Shown here one piece after another: positions 25,781-36,608 of a stretch of 64,000 nucleotides of DNA; position 1 is the first letter of the stretch; each line of letters begins with the position of its first letter. Source of the DNA: Callorhinchus milii (Eukaryota); assembly GCF_018977255.1 (NCBI RefSeq), contig NW_024704742.1:23624001-23688000 (forward strand). Reading direction: 5' to 3'. Position numbers and translations under genes: made by a program. The notes beneath the pieces were generated by a model that did not search any database, was not told the origin of the DNA, and saw nothing but the letters and a program-made list of their open reading frames with translations.

Positions 25781-27152
25781 CTGAAAATACAGTATATCAG
25801 TTATTCTTTAAAAATTCAGATGTACATTTCATGCAACATTTTCTTAACATATTGAAATTCTTAACTAAGACAATGCGTGGAAGTTTACCTACAGGGAAGG
25901 GTTATTCATTTCTGAAAGACAGATCACTTCCATACATCAATTGTTTGCCATTGCATAGACATTCCAAAATTGGGAGGTGGGAGAGGAAGGAAGAGATAAG
26001 TTACAAAAAAATGGACCCAGTATCTCTAAGGTTTTTTTTAAAGATTATCGACAGTGCATTATCAATGTATTCCCCCTTCCTTTTCTCCTCATCCCAAGAC
26101 GAAGCGCACAACCTACACATAGAACATCAGGACCTTTTGACTTGGGAGGTTTAAATCTCATTAAAGAAACAGGAAGTACAGATCTTAAATAAATTTAAGA
26201 GAATTTATTTCCTACAATTGTGTCATAAAATGAGCGATAGATTTCAATTGCTGAGAGAACCAAGAAAAAGAGTTGTGGAAATCTACAACTGCCATAGTAT
26301 TAATAATAATCCTTGCATTTGATGAAGTGCTTACAAAATGTCAAAACATGTCAACGAGAAGTTCAGCGACCATTTGTAGGCAAACAGAGCAGCCAATTTC
26401 CACATACATGTGCATAGTCTGTATGGGTGAGGATGTCTCATCAATCAATAGTGCCTTGGAGTACAGCAGACTTCCAGGAACCAAACTAACAAGATCACTA
26501 AAGAGGACTGACACAATTCTGATCAGTTGTGTCATCTTGGCAGCAACTTAGCCAATTCAGTGCTAATGAAACCCCTGCTAACCTCTCAGCTCCTCTCCCT
26601 CATTCCCTCTCCCCCAAGAATAGTCATAATACATCTGATGAGCATGTATATGTCTGAGCACTCGCAAGGTGGATAGCAGATACCAGGAACTCCTTGCAAG
26701 CTGCATGATGAGCAATACAACTCAGCATAAAATGTGAGGAGAATCGTCTTAAGCGCACCCGTGGAATCACATCACTACCCGTTGAAAGGTGATTCCACCA
26801 ACTGAGGTGTGTCAACCAAGGTGGGCACCAATCCCACTGAAGGTATGTAGCATGAATAGGAAAATGCATTCAGGAATAAGGAAGAGGAATTCAAAACATT
26901 TCAAACCAGACAAACATAACATATTGCTTCTCCAATCCATTCTTCACACAAAAGAAATCAATCCTGAAGTATTTAACATTGCTTACCTAAATCTAATTTT
27001 ACATTGAAATATTTACTGTGCACATCCATAAGATCATAGATTCCAGTTTAAAAAAAAGTTCAGTTTTCACACATGCTATAGAGATCAAGTACAAATCCAT
27101 CATAAAAATAAATAAAATACATTTCTTCAAATTGCATTTTAATTATACTTAC

Positions 27153-27272
27153 ATCACTGGTATTCACAAGCCATGTAATCTCTCCAAAAGAAGCCAGTTC
27201 ACCATTCACATAGCATCGGATCTCACTGTTTTTCCAGCGATTGTAGATGTGCACTATTGTCACCATGTACCA
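27153..27272 (-). CDS. LRBA: LRBA coding exon (120 nt)
   Basis: Encodes [40 protein letters not shown]. Acceptor ttacag, donor gtaagt. Confidence 0.97.
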
Positions 27273-27799
27273 CTGTAAGAAAATGTGTTATTTTAACTTT
27301 GCAAAGCTTTAAGCATAAACCTTGGATCATTTTCTACAATCATAATAATCCATTTCTACATAAAAAGATACAAATTACAGTTTTGGGTAAAGGCACAATT
27401 CTTTTTCTAAAACCACAATACAAATAGTTTGTGAAAAGTTCAGCCACATACAACACTGAATTGTAACTAGACTGCCATTAACCCTTCTCTAATTATCATT
27501 TTTGAAGACTAATTTTTCAAGATTCACAGAATGTGGAGCAAGTCAGCAAAGTCCAAAATCAGGAGACCCAAGAGAGAAACAGCAGTATTACAACAACACA
27601 AATTACATTTGTATAGAGCCTTTTACATCAGGAGGATGTCCCAAGACACTAGACAGACAGGGATTTGGACCCAAGCAGGGGGTTGGAATCAGTAGTTCAC
27701 TTGCGTGTAAGAGTGCACAAATGGAGGCAAATCAGCGGTGGAAACTGATTATTGTAGGAAAATTCTAAAGAAATGCTCATTCAAACCAGCTACAAGTAA

Positions 27800-28150
27800 T
27801 TCAGATGACAGCTCAGTTGGTAAAGCACTGAGTCATAAGCCAGAAAATCATAGATTTGACTTCCGGTCAAAGTATCTTGCTCAGAAACAGTTAAGGTCCT
27901 ACAAATGGTCAAAGAAGCAAAATGGAAATAACAGTTTTCCCACCCATTTTCTGTCCTCTGACTTCCTAAGCTACCTGAAAAGTCTGCATTTGATACATTA
28001 GCTGAGGACAGGATTGTGCTTAGCTCTGTTCATTCTTTCCTCTCCCGAGTTGAATAACCTATTAAAAATTTATGGTCTGGTCTCATACAAGAAGAATGAC
28101 CACTTGGTTCAGGTATCAGAAGGTTTCTGGTGCCACAGTACTTTCAAACA
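27800..28150 (+). mobile_element. Old tRNA-headed SINE-like repeat (second family)
   Basis: Head agctcagttggtaaagcact. The body (tgaggacaggatt...gaagaatgaccacttgg...ggtatcagaagg) recurs at about 53440-53650 (+), 54440-54780 (-) and 61520-61780 (+). Confidence 0.55.
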
Positions 28151-28384
28151 AAAGGAAAGAATCCTACTGTAATGAATGGAGAAGCTATAACCGATCAGTG
28201 GCACGGCCCTCCCCATAACTGACACTGTTTCAATAGCTGCAGAGGCACCGCCATGAGGCAGCAATGTTGACAATATAAAAATATGTGGTATCTACATTGA
28301 AAGAACTTTTGCAGAATAAATTTAATCTCTAAATCATTGTTTTCTTTAATAATCCTTGCATTTGATATTGCCCTTAAAAGGCGC

Positions 28385-28775
28385 ATCAGCTTGGCTTAGT
28401 TAGTAACACTCTCACCGCTGAATCAGGAGGTTCTCGGTTCAAGCTCCACGTCAGTACTTTGAACTCACATAGTCTTGGCTGACATTCAAGTATATTACTG
28501 AGGTGTGCATTGTTTGAAGTGCCGTTCTTTAGATGAGACATTAAACCAAGGTCATGTCTGACTGTTCAAATGGATGTTAAGGATCCCATGGCACTATTCA
28601 AAATATCCAAGTCAATAATCCCCCAATACGATTGGTTATTCCTTTCATAGCTGTTTGTGTGACATTGCTGTGCAAATTAATTCCCTACAAAATACAGTCA
28701 CTGCACTTTACAGTAAATTCTGCGAAGGACTTGGAGACATCCTCCTGATATGAAAGATGCTATCCCAAATTTAAG
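28385..28775 (+). mobile_element. Deu-domain-type SINE
   Basis: tRNA-like head (ggcttagttagtaacactctcacc...ggttcaagctcc), the Deu core gatgagacattaaaccaagg...ggatgttaaggatcccatggcactatt, and an L2-type tail. Confidence 0.75.
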
Positions 28776-28789
28776 CATTAATTACTATT

Positions 28790-29100
28790 ACTAATAAAAC
28801 ATCTCAAAGAACTTCACAGGTAAATTAAGTCAATTGCATTGACTATTTCGAGGCAAACCTATCAACCGATTGGCACACAGAAAATTCACACAAGGAACCA
28901 TGAAATGAACAATAAATTTAACTGGATGATTATTGGCAGGACATTCGGGTAAAAACTTCCTTCTCTTTTCAAATAGTCTCAAGGGATCTTTACCGTCCAT
29001 CTGAATAGGCAGGCAATGTCTTGTTTTTTTAAACAACCAGCCTGAAGGACAACATCTAGGGCACTGCACCACTCACTCAGTTCAGGACTGCAGTGCCAGC
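28790..29100 (-). mobile_element. Deu-domain-type SINE (inverted relative to its neighbour)
   Basis: The minus strand contains cagatggacggtaaagatcccttgagactatttgaaaagagaag, the same core. Further copies lie at about 39770-40000 (-), 42965-43260 (-) and 47190-47430 (+). Confidence 0.7.
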
Positions 29101-29154
29101 ACAGGCAACTAGGAGGCTTGTTGGGGAGGATGGGGAGCTTGAATCTACAAACCC

Positions 29155-29530
29155 AACAACAACAGCAACAACAACTTGCTTTATACAACACTCTTGATTA
29201 AAGATAACATCCGAGCACTTTACAGTGACAGGGTTAAACACCGAGCAAGCAAGGAGAGAAGAGGGAATGACCAAATAAAGAAGTGGGTTTTGAGATGTGA
29301 AGATAGATAAGGGGAGGAAGAGCAAGATAGAAGGATAGAGTTAGGAGTTTCCAGGGGTTACAATCTGAAAGCTCAGCCACTGATGGGGTAGAATACATGC
29401 AGCAACCAGAGTTAGCCAAGCTGAGTGGGAAGGCGGAGGGATAAGGCAGAAGGATGTCAGCGATACAGAAGTGCTAGGACGTGGAGGGATTTGTAGGTTA
29501 GTTAACGTACAAGCATTTCTGACCAACAAC
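29155..29530 (-). mobile_element. L2 LINE 3' fragment (decayed)
   Basis: (CAA)n tail at 29155-29175 followed by the purine-rich antisense L2 3' region. Confidence 0.65.
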
Positions 29531-30010
29531 CAGTGCAGACAATTAGGTTATATTCTTGTTGTGTAATTAGCAACACTTCAATCCACTGTAGTGCATAAAA
29601 AATCAAGATTCCAAAATACTGGTTGCACAGCAGGAGGAAACAAAAATTTAGATTATAGTAATCGATAGCATTACTAGTGTTCAGATATTACCAGAATTGT
29701 GTCTACCCATTATAATGGTTCAGGTGGACTATAACACTACGTTAAAGAGCAGTGAGTTTTCCAATTGCTATGACATAAATATGCACCAAAAATTAACTGC
29801 GTTATTTTTCTTTTTCCTCAGCTACAGTTCCCTATTAAACATGGTAAATGAGGTTTGTCATGAGTATGAAAACGGCATATGCCCAACTAGCTCCTTACAA
29901 TGATAAAACAAGATAATTCACAATTTCACAACGTATATTCAATTGATACTAAATACACTAAAACAAAATCTGTTGATCAGGGTAACTTAGCAGCTCAATT
30001 GAATACTTGC

Positions 30011-30137
30011 CTTTTGTGGTTTGAAGTCATACTTTACACAATGTTGGAATCCTTTCCCTTTTGATTTGATTGAAGTCACAATTAAACAACCACCAACAAA
30101 ATGAGCAGAATATCCAAGCCCTTTGTTTGTACGAAAG
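30011..30137 (-). CDS. LRBA: LRBA coding exon (127 nt), ends in a GC donor
   Basis: Encodes [42 protein letters not shown]. Acceptor cttcag, donor AAG|gcaagt. Confidence 0.95.
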
Positions 30138-31109
30138 CTGAAGAAAAAAGTACAAGTAAACATATTTAGCTTTACATTTTCAATCTGAAGGTAGATAGAT
30201 CAGTACACATAAAAACTGTCAACAATGCAGCAATTGAGAAAAATCAATATGCTGAGAATATTGTAAGTCTATTATATCTTCAGGTTGCTGTTAACACCAA
30301 TGTGTTAACACCAATGTACAACATAGAAAAAAAGAGCATTGAGCATCACTCAAGCATCAACTAAATATTAATAATCCTTACTTCATTATAAATGTCTCCA
30401 TTCAGACCATTAAACAAATTCATGGGAATCGTCCAATACAAGGAGTTAAAAATAAAACAAAAGCACAAATAAACGATGTCAAATAGAAAAAAACTTTGAA
30501 TTTTTTCTGCTCCTTTGAAAAATAAAATGTTACAGTGAGCCACTTTTTATTACCACAACATTTCCTGAAAACCTGTCCTTTCAACTTGCACATTTCTACA
30601 TTGGTCAGCCTTTTGGTAACTTTATACCACCAACATATACTGCTGCAACTAAATCATCACAGATACTATTCTACCGCAAGAGTTACAGCCCTACAAGTGA
30701 GAGATGACCTTTACATTCTAACTGGGTCAATGCATGTCTCGCAGTCATATGTAGGAAGAATACTGGCTACACTTCGGTTCTCAGTCCTTTAACTGATCAA
30801 GCAGCTGAGCACCTTTACCTATACAGTCATATTACAGCAATTGTCAAAAAAGTTGAATACATTTGCATTTTATTCTTCACTACCAGTGAAATTTGCTTGT
30901 CTTCTTTAATTAAATTTGGTCACTTCTCGTTAGAACACCTAAATTGAATCTACAGAAAAGTGCTTCATCTTGTGGAGAAGGTAAATGGGAGAGAAGAATT
31001 TAACAGAAACAAGAGTAGCACTGGCAATTCGCATGGAGACTTTACTCTACCTTCTGGAGGCAAAAATATGGGGCAGGAGAAAACAGTAGGGAACGTTCTG
31101 TACACTTAC

Positions 31110-31231
31110 CAGTATAAGTAAGGTTTGTCTTTATCAACATTAATGTTATTCAGTGGATCCATTCTGAGCCACGTGTGAAATGTAAAGCCATTCTGATATG
31201 GCCACTTAGCAATGGGAGGTAATGCGATGGC
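31110..31231 (-). CDS. LRBA: LRBA coding exon (122 nt), ConA-like domain
   Basis: Encodes [40 protein letters not shown](C). Acceptor tttcag, donor gtaagt. Preceded by a 105-nt intron. Confidence 0.97.
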
Positions 31232-31336
31232 CTGAAACAAGAAAATATTCTATGAAAAAAATGTCTCAATTTATCCAAAAATAACAATCTGTTGAAACTC
31301 TTCATATGAAATTCTGATTATTCAATAAGAACTCAC

Positions 31337-31432
31337 AGCAGCACTCTTCCCAGGAAAACTGAAGAAGGCATCTGGACCCAGTCTCTGTGGTACCTGTTTC
31401 AATACTGTCAGTAACTTCACTGCATGTGGAGG
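31337..31432 (-). CDS. LRBA: LRBA coding exon (96 nt)
   Basis: Encodes PPHAVKLLTVLKQVPQRLGPDAFFSFPGKSAA. Acceptor ttacag, donor gtgagt. Confidence 0.96.
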
Positions 31433-31675
31433 CTGTAAAGAAAGAATTTTTTTAAAATCCTGACTCAAAGTCAAATCCATTCAAGGTTATATAAAAATGT
31501 GATTTTGCCTTAACATTAGAGATCTGGACTGAGCAACTAGAAATAAATGTACATTGTAAATATGACCTGTAGTATTTCCCCATATCAGCATAAATGCAGC
31601 ACAGATATGGCAATGTACATAACAGTGAAGAATGTCGAATGAAGAAGGTCGAAATTACGTGCTGCTATAATATGG

Positions 31676-32890
31676 TTGGATCGCTACATGTTCACCATAT
31701 ACATTAATAATTTGAATTCAGGTATAGGAGGTACAGTATCAAAATCTGCAAGTGACACCAAACTGAGGGTGGAGTGGGGTAGGGGTAAAAAACAAATTGC
31801 AGAAGAATGCAGGAAGACAAACAGGCTAGCAGAATGGGCAGACAGACAAAAAATGAAGTTTAATGTAGGAAAATGCAAAGTAAGCTGTCCATAGTCTAGA
31901 TCAGGTGGTCCAACTGGCCCTGTCGTCCCCTCCCTCCATTTCATGTGCCCCGCCCCGCTCCCTCCATAATCCATAAATGTTATGTTATGTCTCTGGAAGC
32001 GGAATATTTTAATATAAAATATTGCATATGTGACTCATAGACGTTTCTCAAATAGGGCATCTAGATGGCTCTTGGCAGCCAAAAGGTTGGACCACCCAGG
32101 CTGAGATGATAGGAATCCCAGAGGGATAAAGGAGCAAAGCGATCTGGGGAATTAGATCCACAAATCTCTAAAAGTATACATATATATATATATACAGGCA
32201 GATAAGGTCAATACTATTTTGGTGAGGTGATGTTTAATATGTACAAAACCTTCATTAGACCACATTTGAAGTACTGTGTCCAATTCTGGTCTGCAGACTA
32301 TAAGAAGGATATAGCAGTTGTAAAGAGTACAGTGTAGGTTTACAAGGATGATACCAGGGCTGCTATTAGGATGGACTGGATATGTTTGGACTTTATTTTG
32401 CTTGAGAAGAGACATTTAAGACGGGATCTAATAGAGGTGTTTAAAATTTTATAAGGGTTTGGCACGGTTAGCATAATTAGGAAGCCCATAACAACAACAA
32501 GATTACATTTGTACAGCGCCTTTCACGTCAGGAGGACATCCCAAGGCGCAGGACAGTGCACAGCATTTCAGACTCGAGCTGGGATCGGGAGGGGGAGAAG
32601 GGAGGGGAGGGGAAGGGGGGTAACCGATGGCATGGTCAAAGAGGAGACACATATGTAAAATGGATCTAAAATTTAGGGGGGTAATTTGATGCAGAAGATA
32701 GTGAGACTGTGGATTTTGTTGCCTGAAGCGATAGTTGAATCAGATATTATAGATGCATTCAAGAAGAAACTAGACATTCACAGGAAAATAGAAGGGTAGG
32801 AGAGGGAGTAAGTAAGGAATAGATGGAGACAAGTGGATTATATAAACACCAACATGGGCTGATTGGGTCTGTTTCTTTGCTACACATTCT
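31676..32890 (+). mobile_element. CR1 LINE 3' part, fragmented, with nested MITE and L2 tail
   Basis: Contains FTIYINNL...SKSASDTKL, WADRQKMKFNVGKCKV, YKTFIRPHLKYCVQFWS, RRDLIEVFKI and a CR1 3' end. Interrupted at 31902-32099 and about 32490-32645. Confidence 0.85.
31902..32099. mobile_element. hAT (Charlie-like) MITE
   Basis: TIRs caggtggtccaac ... gttggaccacccag. The 8-bp flanks gtctagat / gctgagat match 5/8 and fit an NTCTAGAN-type target. Confidence 0.65.
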
Positions 32891-33110
32891 TTATAAATCT
32901 TTGTAGATCAGGTTCAAATCCTTCCCATACATCATTATGATTCGACTACAAGACACTGTTGTACACGAGTATCAATTGAATACTATGACATTTTCTAAGA
33001 AATAGTATACATCACTATTTCTGTATACACAATTGAAAATTATTTTTTCAAGTAGTATTGTTCAAAAACTGATGTTACACCATATCAAATAAATGTTTCA
33101 AAAACCTTAC

Positions 33111-33211
33111 CCATTGTCCTTTTTCTCCTTGTAGCTTCCCAACCAACAGTTTCAGCTCACGGACTGTGATATTATAACAAGCCAGTACTCCTAACATTTC
33201 AACCAACAGAT
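33111..33211 (-). CDS. LRBA: LRBA coding exon (101 nt)
   Basis: Encodes (D)LLVEMLGVLACYNITVRELKLLVGKLQGEKGQW. Acceptor ttgcag, donor gtaagg. Phase matches both neighbours. Confidence 0.96.
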
Positions 33212-34522
33212 CTGCAAGTGAAAGAAAGCATTTTGTTGAAAAAGGATGTATTTTATGGGGGTGGGGATTTGGTCAGCTGGGTGTCTAACACGAAAAGAAA
33301 CCCATCACCGTGCTTATGTGCATCCAAACCAGAGTTCAACATCTGTATGCCACGTACATTGAATTTTTTTTGTATATCTGGAACAGAATGTGCACTCTCT
33401 CCTTGGCTCTTGCTAACCTGTGTCTAATACTTTCTGGAATCAGGTAAACAGGTATCCTAACCAGCTAAAGCTGCATAGCTTGTTTTTGACTTCCTGTCTG
33501 GAAAGCTCTCGCTGCTTATCAAGCAAGGATCATCCTATCGATGAGGACTTTGGCTTGCAGCGTTAATAGGAGCAAGGTGGGAAGAATCCCTGCTCCCAGT
33601 GATCAGTCTGCCCCTCCAAATACTGCTGACAAGACAGGCTGGCTGGCCTGTCATCAGCAGTGCCCTGGAATATTGCGGACCCACCTGCCTCAGGAACCAT
33701 TTTGCATACAAGAAATAGGTGAGGTCCCAGTAAAGACCCGTGAGGCACTCTGATTAAAGTCTTATCCCCAAAGATATCCAAAAACATTAGTTTGTGAAAG
33801 AGACTTTTGGAAGTCTAGGTACACTAGACTTGCCACAGTCAAAAACAGCTGAGATTGGGCAAAAAAATCTACACCTTCCGAATCCATGTTAAAGTACAAA
33901 TCAATTTTAAAAATTAAATAAGTTTAATGCGTCTCAGGAGGGACGAGTTTATTTCAATTAAATACCAATAATTGATGCTGTTAGTAAATGCACTACTATG
34001 CCACAAAACTTGTAGTAAGAAATCAGAAATTCTTGGTTTATTAGACAGCTGCATTAGACAAAACACATTTAGCGTTCAGACCGCTCAATGCCAAAGAGTA
34101 GAAGGTTTTGCTTCATTAAGCAAAGCACTGTTGTTCATTAAACAAAACAGCTGTTGCATTTATTGGAAAAGGATGGTTTCAGTAAAATTCATTTTGCAGT
34201 CAGTTTAAGATACTAGGATTTGATTATTCGGAAATCTGTAGAAGCTCACTTTAGGAATGTTCTGTTACAATGTTCAGGGGGCTACCATAAGAAGTATGCA
34301 GAGATAATGGATTTTAACTAATACACTATCAATTACACCTGCTGAAAAAGTTAATTCACAACTGAAATCTATATGGAGCAGGTAGAAGGCTAGAAAATTT
34401 CAGAGACAAACCTCTTTTTTTAAAAAAAAATCAATCATATTTGTTAAAGTCTTCTTTTCTGCCCTAACTAGGTAGACTATTTCTTGCTGCAGGCCATTGA
34501 TGAAAGCTATCGCCATACGTAC

Positions 34523-34754
34523 CTGCTATCATATTGTCAGCTTTATCAATTCTCTTCAGAACATGTTCAATTAATCCAACATCTGTGCAGGCCTGTAAAT
34601 TCCGAATACTTTTTCTAAGGATTGCAGTGAATATGCTCCAAAGTTCAGCCCGGCAGGTAACATCACAGTTGTCCAACAGCTCCACCATGCAGGTAATACT
34701 TTCAATGTCTTGGATAATGAAATTCATTTCTAAATCAAACTGTCCTCCAACAAG
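34523..34754 (-). CDS. LRBA: LRBA coding exon (232 nt; first exon in the window, ~human exon 3)
   Basis: Encodes [77 protein letters not shown]. Acceptor ttaaag, donor G|gtacgt. Confidence 0.96.
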
Positions 34755-36183
34755 CTTTAAGAAGAAAGGGAAAATAGGAAAAATAATTAAAATATAGCTA
34801 ATACGATTTAATTTTATTCACATTAAACATTTACTCCAGATCAAATTCACATGCAAGCTTGAATGCACATGAGAGGTACGTTTCATCAGCAATGTATTCA
34901 CAGATGTAAATTATTTGTGTAATAAAGTGGTTATTTTTGTGCATCAAATGATAGCCAAGTGAAATGTTTGGCTTTCCAATATTTTGAAGATTCACGTGTG
35001 CAATTTTCAAAATTCAGGGACCGAGGTGGGACAACATCGAAAAGTACAAAAGGTATTGCAAGGATCACTTTATTCTTTTTACTCTAATTGAACAAGATCT
35101 GTCACCAATCCTGAAGTAATGCTGATATTTCAGCATCACGGTTCAGCAAGTTTTTACAACACAAATCAATTTAAAAAATTAAATAAGTTTAATTGTTCGA
35201 TCGGAAAATCATTGCCTGATACAAAGAATACAACTTACAGGAGCAGCAAAGAGCATTAGTATTAGATGTCTAAATCACAACTGATAGCACAGATCACGAT
35301 GGTTTTCTATTTTTTTTCTACACATCAAACAACTTTTAAGTTCCAAAACTAATGAAGTTATCTATAGCGCAACAAAAAATGTTGCAGACACATCTCAAAT
35401 GAACACAATTGTTATAGGTGCATTTTGTTTGGTCAGCCAGTGCCTGACATGCAGGAAACCATCACCACGCTTACAAGTACCCAACCCAAAGTCCACACAT
35501 GTATGCCATCTATGTACAAAAACTGTCCTCTTCTGGAGTAGAATGTGGCTGAATGGAATGAGAGATGCACCTTTTGCTGACCCAGTTCCTGAAGCGTTAG
35601 GTGGAGGCTGGCAAACTGCAATAAAGGTCTTCCCACTTGCACAGCAGCTGCTGCTTAAGCTCCACGCGACCAACTGGTGGAACAATCACTCAATGGAGAG
35701 GGGTTGTGTGTCCCAGCCACAGACAGGAAGGTGGTGGCAATGCTTTCACGTATTTCATGCTGAGCTGTGTGTGTTGTCACCAAGAAGCTCGCTGGGAGTT
35801 CCTGAAACCCAACATCCACCCAGTGAGGGCTCAAACCCGCGCTTGTCGCACGTCAAATGACCAACTAATGACGATCCTTCTTTGAGCTGCAGAAGGTGAA
35901 ATTTGGCAACAGAAAGCAGAATCGAATCAACCCTCTGTGGCAGTTTCGGTTGTCCAGGTTTAATTTCAGCAGTCTGGGAATTAACTAATAATAATAAACT
36001 AATGCAGGGAGTGAGTTTTCCTCTTACTAGTATGACTGTATATGCCATTACTAATTGCACTATAAAACACATCAGGCTTCAAGAGTGACAAGGTAAAAAA
36101 TGTGACCAATGTTCCGTGGCAAAGTGGTAAGACATTTTGGCAGTAACACGTATATTTTTCCTTTACTTTAATCCCCGCCAACC

Positions 36184-36608
36184 GAATTTTCAAGATGAAT
36201 AAAATCTTTTGAAGGGTGAAAACTTTCCGGACACCTTTACAGATATGCAGGGAATGAAAAGAAACCTCTATACTCACAACAGTCCAGAAGAAAATAAAGT
36301 GCTTTTTTTTCCCTTTTAACCTTAATCACACTTGCAATAGGAGCAAAATACTTGATGGTAAATGATGTTTTGCCATGTCTAGAACCAGTACGAATCAGGA
36401 CCAACAAGGATTGTGGGAGGATGTCACTCAAACATGTCATTTCCATATTTTGACACGTTCATCTGACACGTTGACCAGACGAAGAGCTGCCCAGGCAGAT
36501 AGTTTTCACCCTTCAAAAGATTTTATTCTTCTTCAAAATTCAGCCAATTGAAAGGCAAACTGGACTGTTGTAAGCATGGAGGTTTCACTGCCAGCCCTCC
36601 AAGGTGTC
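36184..36608. mobile_element. Probable Penelope-like element remnant with two crossed inverted-repeat pairs
   Basis: 36184-36224 vs 36501-36541 is an inverted match of 39/41. About 36230-36287 vs 36560-36608 is a second inverted match. The spacer encodes LEPVRIRTNKDCGRMSLKH, resembling a PLE GIY-YIG C-terminus. Classification is inferred. Confidence 0.5.

Noticed and set aside
25660..26154. 164-aa plus-strand ORF
   Set aside because: It is the antisense shadow of the 147-nt LRBA exon running into intron, with no recognisable motif.
35399..35860. 153-aa ORF and overlapping ORFs
   Set aside because: It lies in a GC-richer dispersed repeat (homologous to 26650-26805), where open frames on both strands are expected by chance.
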